Shown: piece after piece, positions 28,546-38,211 of the stretch | Layout: the number at the start of each line of letters is the position of its first letter | Numbering within the stretch: position 1 is the first letter of the stretch | IMG/VR virus record: IMGVR_UViG_3300030329_003696 | Coordinates: 1-64,000 of that record | Length of the DNA: 64,000 nt | DNA from: a virus | Strand: one strand, 5' to 3' | The notes under the pieces: model-generated | The model's input: the letters and a program-made list of their open reading frames with translations, nothing else | What the model was told of the DNA's origin: nothing | Databases searched by the model: none | Translations under genes and position numbers: made by a program

Positions 28546-29309
28546 TATTCAACCTCTATAAAACGTTTTGACCTTGCCGGAAACTTTCCTTTAATAGAAT
28601 TCAGTTTTTGTAAAACCTGCTCTATAATACTTTCCTTCTTAGCTAGGGATTCAGAACCTAGAGACTTGACCCTTATTACGACGTACCCCTTACTTAGTAA
28701 GGTTCCACTTTTTCTTAGGTCTGCGTTCACTTGTTTCTGCAACTTATCATCTCCCCAGATAGGAAGAAAATGAGAAGGCCCATCTACCTCTATTATAGTC
28801 TTCAGCTCTGGAATATACAAATCTATTTCTAGATTTTCTGACGGAATAATCATTTCATGCATCTTCACCCTAAATCCGTCCTTCTCAAGGCGAGACTGTA
28901 TAAATTTCTCCAGCTTAGAACCCTCAGTAGCTGCGGTACGAATGGCGGCGATCCCTTTAGAACGCATGTTTTCTTTTTGTTGTGCCGTCATGCTTTTCCA
29001 GTTCTTCTTGGCCATCTTGACACGTTTCGCCCTTTCTTTATCGCTCATTTCTCCCCAGTAGTCAACCAAGCTGCTACTAATTTTTAATCGCTCCTCACGA
29101 GATCTTTTCTTGCCCATTGTGGGGTGAGCACTTCGACCGCTTTCAAGTGCGTTTTTCTGTGCCTCACTTTTATTTTTTAGAGGGATGTTATGTTTTATTA
29201 ATGTTCGTCTAATTTTATTTGGATATGTTTCCAGATGTTTAGCTATTTCATATGTGCTAAAGTTATCGTTATTATACATATCTATTACTTTTTGTTCAAA
29301 ATCTTTCAT
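28545..29309 (-). CDS. Putative homing endonuclease: HTH + basic NUMOD3-like repeats + Vsr/DUF559-like nuclease
   Basis: N-terminal HTH (STYEIAKHL), HPTMGKKRS.EE basic repeats, C-terminal SKLE..EIDLYIPELKTIIEVDGPSH..GYVVIRV. Confidence 0.7.
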   Translation of the reverse strand: MKDFEQKVIDMYNNDNFSTYEIAKHLETYPNKIRRTLIKHNIPLKNKSEAQKNALESGRSAHPTMGKKRSREERLKISSSLVDYWGEMSDKERAKRVKMAKKNWKSMTAQQKENMRSKGIAAIRTAATEGSKLEKFIQSRLEKDGFRVKMHEMIIPSENLEIDLYIPELKTIIEVDGPSHFLPIWGDDKLQKQVNADLRKSGTLLSKGYVVIRVKSLGSESLAKKESIIEQVLQKLNSIKGKFPARSKRFIEVE

Positions 29310-29749
29310 GATAGCACCTTTTTAATTTCGTCAATACTCAGTTCTTTTATTTTTAGGGGTTCCACACCAGTTAGCCTGAACACTTCGTCCGAGTCTTCTT
29401 CGCCCGTAACAATCACTGGTACAGATCTAGCTAGTCTAAATAACTCTAGAACACCAAACCTTTCCTTATCCTGCTCACTGTAAAGATAGGACAATTTAAA
29501 TTTATTGACTATCCTAGCGGCTGCTATTGTGTTTTCCATAGTAGTAGCTATTAAGTTGCCGGTAAACGACCACATGTCGGCAGAATTAAACATACCAAAT
29601 CTATTACTAACTGGACTAAATTCTACATAGTTGTAAAACAAGCTGGCATCTTTTATGCTTCGCTCATCTACAGCCTCGTTTAAGGCATTGAAGATTTCTG
29701 TGTTCTGGGGGCTTCCCCCATTACTGTCTGTATAAAAAGCTATGTGCAT
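29306..29749 (-). CDS. Hypothetical protein (degenerate GT-B-like fragment)
   Basis: Likely start is ATG 29749 after GGAG. MHIAFY start and LIATT motif resemble a GT-B N-terminal domain. Confidence 0.45.
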   Translation of the reverse strand: MHIAFYTDSNGGSPQNTEIFNALNEAVDERSIKDASLFYNYVEFSPVSNRFGMFNSADMWSFTGNLIATTMENTIAAARIVNKFKLSYLYSEQDKERFGVLELFRLARSVPVIVTGEEDSDEVFRLTGVEPLKIKELSIDEIKKVLS

Positions 29750-30660
29750 TTTTGTTCTCCTAAAAACCATTCTATTGTTTGTTTTAATCCGGTTTGAAAA
29801 TCTGTTTTCGCTTCAAACCCAAGCCTAGCCTTAGCACGAGTAGTGTCCAAACATCTGCGAGGTTGACCATCCGGCTTGTCGGACTCCCAGACTATTCGCC
29901 CCTCATATCCCATCTGCTCACCAATTTCAGTAACTAGGTCTTTTATCTTTATCTCCTTGCCTGTTCCCACGTTGATTGGCTCTGGGTCTACATCCTTTTC
30001 GATAGCTAGTCTAACCGCTTCTGCACAATCTAGTGCGAATAGAAACTCTCTAGATGCTTCTCCAGTACCCCAAACCCTTACCTCTCGATCACCGTTCTTC
30101 ATAGCATTATAAAACTTCAAAATAAGGGCTGGTATAACATGGCTACTTGTTAAATTAAAATGATCGTGCGGGCCGTACATATTAACAGGAATGAGATTTA
30201 CACAGTTCATTTTATATTGTTCGTGATAAGTCTCCAGAAGCTTCATTAAAGTCTTTTTAGCTATGCCATACGGTGCGTTAGTTTCTTCTGGGTAGCCACT
30301 CCATATCCGTTTTTCCTCAAATGGAACCGGTGTAAACTTTGGATAAGCACAGACAGTTCCCAATAAAATAAACTTACCCACCGAGTATATTCTGGAAGCT
30401 TCTATTATGTTAGCACCCATGATAAGATTTTCGTACATAAACTTACCTGGGTTTTCTCTGTTAGCTAAGATTCCACCAACAGAACCAGCTGCGTGTACCA
30501 CAATGTCAAACCCACCATCTCTTATCAGCTTGTTGCATATTTCTTGACTTCTTAAGTCAAAGTTAGAACCAATTCCGTGCAGGTCGTATTGGCTGGATAG
30601 TACCTTGGTTAGGTTTTTTCCTAAGAATCCAGTTGCACCAGTTAGTAAAACTTTCTTCAC
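29740..30660 (-). CDS. fcl: GDP-L-fucose synthase
   Basis: TGATGFLG, HAAGSVGGILAN, GTVCAYPK, EETNAPYGIAKK, NMYGPHD, SHVIPALI, WGTG.ASREFL, KPDGQPRR. Confidence 0.93.
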   Translation of the reverse strand: MKKVLLTGATGFLGKNLTKVLSSQYDLHGIGSNFDLRSQEICNKLIRDGGFDIVVHAAGSVGGILANRENPGKFMYENLIMGANIIEASRIYSVGKFILLGTVCAYPKFTPVPFEEKRIWSGYPEETNAPYGIAKKTLMKLLETYHEQYKMNCVNLIPVNMYGPHDHFNLTSSHVIPALILKFYNAMKNGDREVRVWGTGEASREFLFALDCAEAVRLAIEKDVDPEPINVGTGKEIKIKDLVTEIGEQMGYEGRIVWESDKPDGQPRRCLDTTRAKARLGFEAKTDFQTGLKQTIEWFLGEQKCT

Positions 30661-31370
30661 ACCATTCTCCTTTGTTTAAAATTCTTCCAAGCCTTACAGT
30701 CGATTGTCCAAGGTTTGAATTTGTACCAATAGTGATTTATACAAATCTCGTTAAAGTCGTCGCAGAAGCCAGCACAATTATTCCATCTCCAATCTATCTC
30801 CTTGTCCGTATAATTGTAGTCAATATACCTGAAGTAATTGTAGAGCATCGCTTGGTCTGTTCCGGGACAGAGAAAGGCCGTGTGAAGATTTTGGTAATGA
30901 ACTATATTCTTAAAGTCTAAGATAGTTGGATCACTACAAACCTGAAGTCCACTGTTCAAGAACTTAAACGGTATATGCGAAGTATGCCCCGGAATATTCT
31001 GGTGATCTACCGTTATAAATGGCTTCCTTGTCGAGGCTTCGAGTAGTGGCTCTATATCCCTCATAATTATAGCGTCCGCATCTATAAATATAAACGGCTC
31101 AGGTTCTGAGCAAAGGTTATAAAGTTTAAAACCTACATTGTGTCTAGATTTGTCACTAATTAGGTTATTGGGGAGTACGGTGTCTATATCTAATCTATCT
31201 TTTCTATGATAGCTAACCCTGCTAGAGTCTTCTAGATCTAGATGAATGGAGTCTTCGTACCAAACCTCTATAGGTATACTGGAATACTTTAGAGCACTTT
31301 TCAACCACCAGTCGCAAAGGTCATTGTATTCTTCGCTGTTCGGAAAGTTGAATATTGTTACTATCTTCAT
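30657..31370 (-). CDS. GT-A glycosyltransferase (GT8/GT77-like)
   Basis: FIFIDADA (DxD), FLNSG, TDQ, WN motifs. Confidence 0.7.
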   Translation of the reverse strand: MKIVTIFNFPNSEEYNDLCDWWLKSALKYSSIPIEVWYEDSIHLDLEDSSRVSYHRKDRLDIDTVLPNNLISDKSRHNVGFKLYNLCSEPEPFIFIDADAIIMRDIEPLLEASTRKPFITVDHQNIPGHTSHIPFKFLNSGLQVCSDPTILDFKNIVHYQNLHTAFLCPGTDQAMLYNYFRYIDYNYTDKEIDWRWNNCAGFCDDFNEICINHYWYKFKPWTIDCKAWKNFKQRRMV

Positions 31371-32020
31371 ATCCTGACGCTCTCTAACATTAATCTAACA
31401 TCCGATGGCAACATATCCGCTATAACACCCGTTTTTCCGGAAGTATTAACTGACATATGCTTAGGCATAGATTTATACGAAAGCATAATATTCTTATGCT
31501 CATCATAGTTTTTCATAAAGGCTTTTTGTTTCCTAGGGCTTGCTACACCAAAAAATGATGTAAGCCCTTTTATCGCCTTGTCGGGATCATTCATTAGCTG
31601 GTCATAGTCTAACAGGTATTTTTCACCGTTAAAATTTTTGAAGTAGGATATAGCGGAAGCGTATCTTGAGACAGACATCAATAGCCTATCCGCTGTTAAG
31701 TTAGATAAAAAGTCCTCTATGGGTGTCGCCTTGTTCGCATGATTGTCGCTATAACAGTAGCTTGGTATAACTTCTACAGGATCTCTATACGATAGACAAA
31801 GACGGTCAATATCCCTAATGTCCACGTGGTCGTGTACCATAGTGCAAAAGATCTTTTGTCTATCGACATCAAATAGCGGCTCAAAACCGTTTTGTTCAAT
31901 AGTCTCGTTTACAGATTTCTTGTCGTAATACCCGTCTACACATTGTCCAGAAAAGTACTCAAGGATGTATCTAGTCCAAGAGCTTCCGGTTCTGGGGAAG
32001 GAAAGTAAGATGTCTGCCAT
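31367..32020 (-). CDS. PAPS-dependent sulfotransferase
   Basis: 5'-PSB loop LLSFPRTGSSW, 3'-PB motif YRDP.EVIPSY, YDQL..DP. Confidence 0.8.
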   Translation of the reverse strand: MADILLSFPRTGSSWTRYILEYFSGQCVDGYYDKKSVNETIEQNGFEPLFDVDRQKIFCTMVHDHVDIRDIDRLCLSYRDPVEVIPSYCYSDNHANKATPIEDFLSNLTADRLLMSVSRYASAISYFKNFNGEKYLLDYDQLMNDPDKAIKGLTSFFGVASPRKQKAFMKNYDEHKNIMLSYKSMPKHMSVNTSGKTGVIADMLPSDVRLMLESVRI

Positions 32021-32694
32021 TATGTTCTCCCGTCTGTATGTTCTATTTGTTGAGGGTAATTGTATTCCCCGTATATATATCCAGTCAATCCGACCATCAT
32101 ATTTTCTATTCCGTCTGCACGCTTGGGCGTATTTGAAAGGTCAATCCTATCGTTCCAACCATTTAAGTACGACTTCCTGTTTATTATATGAGGATTGTTG
32201 GATCTTTTGGTTGTCTTACAAAAGGTGCAACCATTAACCTGTATTTCTGTCAGTGACTCATTAACAGCGTGAATATTATTTCTCTTATTAAATCTCAGAT
32301 GATCCATGTCCTGTTTTTTCATACAGTCGACTAAAAACCCTAAGCCGTGTTTTATTGTAGGTAAAAACTTCCAGTCGTGTTCAACCTGAAATATATAGTC
32401 AGTATCACAATACTGGGTAGACTTTATGTATCCGTCAGCAAGTCCGTTAGTCACAAAACACTCTTTAACTAAGGGAATTGCCCTAGATATGTGCTCTATG
32501 TAAGAGTTCAACTTGTCTTCGCAGGGTTGCGGATCAATAAAAACTCTTATGTTTTTGATGTGTTGATCCCCAAAGACATCTACAAGACTTCTAAAAGTTC
32601 CCCCGATTAGTTCTCCGCTATCAGAATAACCGTCTGTACAGTTTGTGAATATATTAAGATCTACGCAAGATTGAGACGTATCGTCCGAACTCAT
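32020..32694 (-). CDS. Putative GT-A glycosyltransferase
   Basis: YIFQVEHDW, LRFNKR, SNNPH, EHTDGR pattern of GT2-like phage enzymes. Confidence 0.55.
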   Translation of the reverse strand: MSSDDTSQSCVDLNIFTNCTDGYSDSGELIGGTFRSLVDVFGDQHIKNIRVFIDPQPCEDKLNSYIEHISRAIPLVKECFVTNGLADGYIKSTQYCDTDYIFQVEHDWKFLPTIKHGLGFLVDCMKKQDMDHLRFNKRNNIHAVNESLTEIQVNGCTFCKTTKRSNNPHIINRKSYLNGWNDRIDLSNTPKRADGIENMMVGLTGYIYGEYNYPQQIEHTDGRT

Positions 32695-33178
32695 CTTTAA
32701 CCTCCGTTATTTCTGTTAGTTTCCACCCATCATTTGCCGCAAGGTCGCGACACATCTGGATATAGCTTGGATCATGGCAATCGTCAATAATACAGATAGA
32801 ATTAGTGAACTTCTCTTTCACCTTTAAAAATTCTGTCTTTCTAAATGATTGGTTCTTTAGATCCCAAACGATTAAATCAAAGTCCTCTGAAAAATCATCG
32901 GTATAGGTGTGTAGGTTATCTGAATTTACACCCTCCCTTTTTAGATAACCTTCCGTTTTTTTAAGCCATTCAGCATCTGTGTCGTAAGAATTATTTTCAA
33001 CTTGTGGGCAGTATTTTCTTATTGCGAAGGACGAAAACCCACTACCAAAATCAGCAACTCTTTTAATGCCTTGGTTAGAGTTAATGTATTCGATTAACCA
33101 CTTTACGCTCTGTAGTGACATTGGATGCCCGTACTTAGATACGTTATCGCAGTAGTCTTTATATTCCTCATCAATCAT
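32654..33178 (-). CDS. Class I SAM-dependent methyltransferase
   Basis: VADFGSGFSS motif I, SYDTD..W, FDLIVWD, IIDD. Confidence 0.75.
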   Translation of the reverse strand: MIDEEYKDYCDNVSKYGHPMSLQSVKWLIEYINSNQGIKRVADFGSGFSSFAIRKYCPQVENNSYDTDAEWLKKTEGYLKREGVNSDNLHTYTDDFSEDFDLIVWDLKNQSFRKTEFLKVKEKFTNSICIIDDCHDPSYIQMCRDLAANDGWKLTEITEVKDEFGRYVSILRRS

Positions 33179-33179
33179 A

Positions 33180-33977
33180 TTATGTTATTCCCTTAATAGC
33201 GGTTTCCGTGATTCTAAATTTATCGTTATTATTAAAATCTATTTCAGTGATTTGGTTCTTGTGTCCCATATGAATAAACATCGTTTCCCTGCCGTCCTCA
33301 TCTATGGTTAGTTTGCCGTTGTTCCAAGTGGCTGGGATTCTAAGGGGTGGCTGGAGATGCGGACTGCCGTAGTTTTGCATTGTTCTACCTTCGGACAACC
33401 CATAGCAAACATTAAGGTTAGAAGATTTAATAGCTTGATCAAGTCCCACCTCGTCGTAGGCCACATGATCTAACTCTATCATTATGGTATACCACAACTG
33501 ATGAAGCTTAAATACATCTCCTAGGACGGTTCTATAAATACTAAAAGGCCCACAAAGCCTAGTAACGTCTCCGGATATTACCTCGAACTCATCTAGTAGG
33601 CCACTCAGGTAGGAGTCAACGTCCCCAAAAATTAGGTCGAGATCGCAATGTCCCCAAAATTCGTATTTGTTCGCTATGGTCGGAAAAAGGAAATTGTATG
33701 CTGTTTTCCAGTCACATATTTTTCTAACCCTAGGCATTTTATAGTCAATGTTGAGTTTTGTGGAAACGGAAGCTTCGAGGTCAGCTACTGTGTAAGGCAA
33801 AAACCTAACATTTGCAAATCCAAACTCTTCGCAGAACCTATTAGCCTCATCTAGTTCTGGATCATCGGTCATAATACAAAAGTCTGCTGTCTTAACTGTT
33901 GAAGCAGATTTGACAAAAAACGGTATCCAAGACGGAAGTTTTCCAAAGTGGCAGTTAAATAAGCACACCCTTTTCAT
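33180..33977 (-). CDS. DUF6625-like putative glycosyltransferase
   Basis: FGKLPSW..F, KICDWK, YEFWGHCDLDLIFG, CGPFS, YDE. Confidence 0.65.
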   Translation of the reverse strand: MKRVCLFNCHFGKLPSWIPFFVKSASTVKTADFCIMTDDPELDEANRFCEEFGFANVRFLPYTVADLEASVSTKLNIDYKMPRVRKICDWKTAYNFLFPTIANKYEFWGHCDLDLIFGDVDSYLSGLLDEFEVISGDVTRLCGPFSIYRTVLGDVFKLHQLWYTIMIELDHVAYDEVGLDQAIKSSNLNVCYGLSEGRTMQNYGSPHLQPPLRIPATWNNGKLTIDEDGRETMFIHMGHKNQITEIDFNNNDKFRITETAIKGIT

Positions 33978-34711
33978 ACTAGTGCCTCCAGTTTTTTATA
34001 TAGCTCATCATGGCGACAGTAATTGTCCCAAAATAACATTCCGAGACTACGCATCTTTTGGTATTCATCCTCTGACATACATGAAGCCATAGATGTAAGT
34101 CTATCAATCTCGGGTCTGTTTTGTTCTGCGATTTGTTTCCAACTACGCCCTTCTCCTCCTCTTAGGCAAAAACTGTCCCAATCAATCTCTTTCTTAAATG
34201 GGTAATCGTTCATACCAGTAATAATTGGTATTGAACCAGCCATTAATGATTGATAGGCACGAAAAGAACTAGAACCGATGCCTCTAGGACAAAACACAAA
34301 CTTGGCTCTAGCTATAACCCTTAAAAAGTCCTTTAGTACTGCTCTCTTTACCGATGGCTCAAGGTTGTAAACGGGTGCAGTTTCTTGGAAAACGTATTCC
34401 GGTAGGTTCAAATCTCTAAACACTTCCCTTCCAGCGTAGCTTGTCTGACCCATAAAGTTGAAGACATGATCTTTGGGGGTGGATCTTAGCTCATCAATAA
34501 AATCCGGATCTTCGTTTATAATATCCCATTCGTCGGTCATCATGAGTGGGACGGGTATAACATCAAAATCTTCGCTCTTATATTCCAGCGGCTGTGCAAC
34601 AAAGAAGGTTCCTCCACGCTGATAAGCTATAAATGGCGAATCATCATTTAAATAAGGGTACTTAGTCCCCCCTATGTCTATGTGGCTACATGCTTCAAAT
34701 GGTCTAGTCAT
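33974..34711 (-). CDS. Exostosin-family (GT47) glycosyltransferase
   Basis: FNFMG...R, AKFVFCPRG.G.SSFRAYQSL.AGSIPII...YPF...IDW. Confidence 0.8.
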   Translation of the reverse strand: MTRPFEACSHIDIGGTKYPYLNDDSPFIAYQRGGTFFVAQPLEYKSEDFDVIPVPLMMTDEWDIINEDPDFIDELRSTPKDHVFNFMGQTSYAGREVFRDLNLPEYVFQETAPVYNLEPSVKRAVLKDFLRVIARAKFVFCPRGIGSSSFRAYQSLMAGSIPIITGMNDYPFKKEIDWDSFCLRGGEGRSWKQIAEQNRPEIDRLTSMASCMSEDEYQKMRSLGMLFWDNYCRHDELYKKLEALV

Positions 34712-35414
34712 TTGTTATTCTTTCCTTTGGGAATCCTAGTTCCTTTCTCTTGTTAAAGACCACTTGGTCTCTCCCCGAGTAGTGCAATGTTTTTTGGGCC
34801 GCTAGGTCTAAATCTCCGTGATTCTCTGTGCCTTGTACGCTATAGTGTTCATGAGAGACTATAACTTTGTCAATAAATTTAGCTTTGGACATCTTGTTTA
34901 CCTCTTCTGTAAACTCGTTATCGCAATACAAGCTCTTGTAATCAGGATGATAAATATAACCAAAGTGATCGTAAAGAGCCTTCCCAAGAATAGAAAAAGT
35001 AATAAGTTCTCCATTTGTATTTCCGTCATTAAAATGAACACAGCCGTCTAGGTTTGGAAAGTGCTCTTGCATAGCTATAGCTATCTCGTTATCCCAATTA
35101 TGAGCCTTTGGAACCATGTCGTCGGACGCACATATAACTATGTCAAAATCTTTACCCTCTATGTGGTTGTTAATAGCACTTATTTTTTCCGTACTCTGAT
35201 CAAAATTGACCACGCCATCAACATTAGACTTTTTATTTAAAATGTATTGTATTCGTTCTTGCACATAAGAGTCTGTCATACTCAAATCTGACAGATCACA
35301 ATTAATGTTAAAGAAAAGTTGGTGGTGCGAACTAGCCGTTTCCACGTATTCATTTAGCACCCTCAAAAACTTTTCTGCCCTCGCAAAGGTCGGGAATTGT
35401 ATTAGTAGCTTCAT
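34704..35414 (-). CDS. GT2-like glycosyltransferase
   Basis: LIQFPT..R, KISAIN, ICASDDM, YHPDYKSLYCDNE, HEH. Confidence 0.75.
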   Translation of the reverse strand: MKLLIQFPTFARAEKFLRVLNEYVETASSHHQLFFNINCDLSDLSMTDSYVQERIQYILNKKSNVDGVVNFDQSTEKISAINNHIEGKDFDIVICASDDMVPKAHNWDNEIAIAMQEHFPNLDGCVHFNDGNTNGELITFSILGKALYDHFGYIYHPDYKSLYCDNEFTEEVNKMSKAKFIDKVIVSHEHYSVQGTENHGDLDLAAQKTLHYSGRDQVVFNKRKELGFPKERITND

Positions 35415-35430
35415 ATATATTATATCCCCC

Positions 35431-36306
35431 TTATTGGCCTTTTACAACTTGATTTTGTAGTTTTTGTAGATTTTTTACAGCCTCTTCATTCTTAAGAAAT
35501 CTCATTAATCTCTCTGCTCGATTGAACGGGGTATGCTTGGCTACGATCTGTTTCTTTAGCTGAGTACCGATATCCGTACACTCTTCTTCGGGTTCTTTGA
35601 AGATACTACCTAGAAACTTATTAAATTGTTCTACAGAGTCCTCTTGTGGAAGTATGTCAACCTTGTGGCAGGCCAAACATGAATCAAAAAATATCTGAGA
35701 CGTTGACAGCTCAACAGATCCAGCTATTACAAACCGTTCATAGAAGTGGTATAAGTTATGTAACATTGCCACATCGGTCTCAATATCTGTATATTCACCA
35801 CCTCCAAGGGATAAGAGGTGATAGTTCTTATTTGACTGCACTGCTTTCTCTACAGACTCTTTATCGCCCTCGTTTAAAATACCTAAAGCCATAGCCGGTT
35901 CGGACGGTCTTTTTTGAAGAAAAATATCAGCCGCTGGATATATCCCATTTAACTTAAGTTTTCTAAACTTCTCTTTTTTGTTAAAGGCGTTAGTGAAAAC
36001 AAAGGGAATATTTATCTTGCCCTCGCTCACCTTTTCTATTGACTCACACTCTTCTGGGTTTGCCCCCGTGACGTTAAGAACCAAATCTGGCCCGCCGTTT
36101 CGCTCAATATATTTTATAACATCATTTCCAAGAAATCTGTAGTGCGTGACCATTACGTCTGGCTTAAATGAGTCAAGTGCGTCGTATGCACTGACATTTG
36201 GATTAGCCCAAATTTCACAGTTGACCCCAGCTATACGCAGAGCATGTGACAAGTAATTCGCTTCTGTAGACAGCTTATTGCTGTAATTTTGAAACATTAT
36301 TTTCAT
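35431..36306 (-). CDS. Hypothetical protein, degenerate GT-B (CgeB-like)
   Basis: FKPDVMV motif and C-terminal KHTPFNRA reminiscent of CgeB-type HT..R; glycan-cluster context. Confidence 0.45.
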   Translation of the reverse strand: MKIMFQNYSNKLSTEANYLSHALRIAGVNCEIWANPNVSAYDALDSFKPDVMVTHYRFLGNDVIKYIERNGGPDLVLNVTGANPEECESIEKVSEGKINIPFVFTNAFNKKEKFRKLKLNGIYPAADIFLQKRPSEPAMALGILNEGDKESVEKAVQSNKNYHLLSLGGGEYTDIETDVAMLHNLYHFYERFVIAGSVELSTSQIFFDSCLACHKVDILPQEDSVEQFNKFLGSIFKEPEEECTDIGTQLKKQIVAKHTPFNRAERLMRFLKNEEAVKNLQKLQNQVVKGQ

Positions 36307-37055
36307 AATTCGTTAACCCTTTTTAACGTTTTAATTGTATTTATTTTGACTATCGGTGTACCGGCATTCTCTTTTAGTGTAACCCTTCTTCTGTTTGGCC
36401 AAGCGTTGATCGCCTCGAATAAAAATCTGTTTTTATACTCGGGGTTTGATACGGTATTGTAGAAAGACTGGACTAAGTAGTCACCGGTAATATAAGTAAG
36501 CTCAGTCCATCTGTTCTCCGATACTGCCAATGATAAATTTTCTAGGTTCCCATTATTATCTATAACTCCAACATCAAACTCATCGTCACTATGTCCAACC
36601 TGAAATAGCGTTGAAGACTCTTTGAGATCAATTGATTGTAGATACTCAGGGGTTAGCAAGACGCCCCCACCACATATCACTATATTAGAGTTTGTAACGT
36701 TGTTCAAACAAAGCCTTATGCTCTCGCAACAGTTTGAGTGGAAGTAAACTTGGTTCTCCACTATTCTTATGTTTTCAGAATGCCCAAAAGTTTTTCTTAT
36801 GAAGTTGTATATTTTTGATGTCTCGAAACCGGAACATATGATCACTTCAAAATTTAGAAATGATGCTTTTATTGCCTCTATCTGCCTTTCTATTAGTGTT
36901 TTATCCCCAATCTTGACTAAAGATATCGGACCATATGACTTCATCCTGTAGCCATGATTCTCAGCAAGTAGCACAAAAGAAACCGGACTTTCCCTTTTCT
37001 TCCTGTCTGCCGCAAGAGGACTTGTTATAAACTTCTTATTTTTAGATCTACTCAT
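36303..37055 (-). CDS. Nucleotidyltransferase-fold protein (LicC/MobA-like)
   Basis: VLLAENHGYRMKSYGPISLVKI..TLIERQI..IICSGF..IVEN; canonical residues partly substituted. Confidence 0.7.
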   Translation of the reverse strand: MSRSKNKKFITSPLAADRKKRESPVSFVLLAENHGYRMKSYGPISLVKIGDKTLIERQIEAIKASFLNFEVIICSGFETSKIYNFIRKTFGHSENIRIVENQVYFHSNCCESIRLCLNNVTNSNIVICGGGVLLTPEYLQSIDLKESSTLFQVGHSDDEFDVGVIDNNGNLENLSLAVSENRWTELTYITGDYLVQSFYNTVSNPEYKNRFLFEAINAWPNRRRVTLKENAGTPIVKINTIKTLKRVNEL

Positions 37056-37791
37056 ATAAATCTTGATACATTCCTTGTTTTATAGATGTATTTTGTAAAT
37101 CTTTTAGCATTAGATCATAGTCGTTGTGGTTTAAATAAATCTCTCTTACCACTTTTGACTGTGTGTAGTAAGTGTTACCCATGCCCCTAAAGAGACATAT
37201 CTGCTTGAGGTCATCATTCAATATTTCATCGATCCGTTTGAAATCGCCGGAACCTATTAGGTCGCCACACTTGAGGTACACAAAAAAATTGTAATTAACT
37301 ATTTTTTGAAACGAGTCCTTTTCTTTGAGTGGTTTGACATCGTGTAAGTGAGAAACAAATTCTACCTTATCAATAGATTTTTGAGACTCGTGGATTAAAT
37401 TTACTAACTTTGCAACATCTCTGGATGGGGATGTGGATACAACAATTTTTACCTTTTCTTTGTCATAATCTACTGAGGTTGCCGAAAGGACAGATTTTTG
37501 TAATTCTTCAAATGTTTTAGAGGGGTCGTCCTGAACGACAACTCCAAACGAAAGAGTTACCTCTTCTCGTGCCTCTTCAGGTGTCTCACCGTTCCACCGA
37601 CTAGATCTAAACATGTTGCAAAACTGTGTCAATTCGTAGGAGTCTTGATCTACCCGCCTAGTAGCTTTACCCCTATCAATTAACTTTTGTAGTCTACCGG
37701 CCTCACATCCGGTCTGACCTCCACCCCAAGGGCCACCACTCATTGGTGGGTTCCCATCTGTAATTTTAAAAACACAGTTTCCACAGTCCAT
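37048..37791 (-). CDS. Hypothetical protein: Cys-rich N-terminus plus degenerate GT-A domain
   Basis: CGNC..GC..FC N-terminus, followed by a Rossmann-like region lacking a clear DxD. Confidence 0.45.
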   Translation of the reverse strand: MDCGNCVFKITDGNPPMSGGPWGGGQTGCEAGRLQKLIDRGKATRRVDQDSYELTQFCNMFRSSRWNGETPEEAREEVTLSFGVVVQDDPSKTFEELQKSVLSATSVDYDKEKVKIVVSTSPSRDVAKLVNLIHESQKSIDKVEFVSHLHDVKPLKEKDSFQKIVNYNFFVYLKCGDLIGSGDFKRIDEILNDDLKQICLFRGMGNTYYTQSKVVREIYLNHNDYDLMLKDLQNTSIKQGMYQDLYE

Positions 37792-37794
37792 CTA

Positions 37795-38211
37795 TTAAGC
37801 CCTCACCGCTTTAATTTCAAAGTGTATTCCCGTCATATGGGTATCAACCACCTTGAGACCCAAGCCAGACACGATCTCTTCAATCGTCACGAGAGAAGAC
37901 GCAGAGCTAATAGATGAAACCACAGAGGACGCCTGATTTAGATCGATAATTCCGTTCAGTACTCCTTTACAAAAAAGTCTTATATCTGTTCCTCCGATGG
38001 AAAGCTCCCCATTCATTCTTAACTTAGTGGAAATAGCTGAAATTAATTCAGGGATAGCATCAATGGTAAAGTCGTCTAAAATATCAGTAGCTAATATTTG
38101 GTCACACTCGTTATTGACAATTTCGCTTAGATCTACGTTGTTTGTCGTAACAGTTATGTGGTGGTAGTTCTCTATTTTGTCTTGACCTTCTCTTAGAATT
38201 TGTAGCTTCAT
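37795..38211 (-). CDS. Truncated/degenerate methyltransferase-fold protein
   Basis: CDQILATDILD...KLRMNGEL resembles the C-terminal half of Methyltransf_11; no motif I. Confidence 0.45.
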   Translation of the reverse strand: MKLQILREGQDKIENYHHITVTTNNVDLSEIVNNECDQILATDILDDFTIDAIPELISAISTKLRMNGELSIGGTDIRLFCKGVLNGIIDLNQASSVVSSISSASSLVTIEEIVSGLGLKVVDTHMTGIHFEIKAVRA

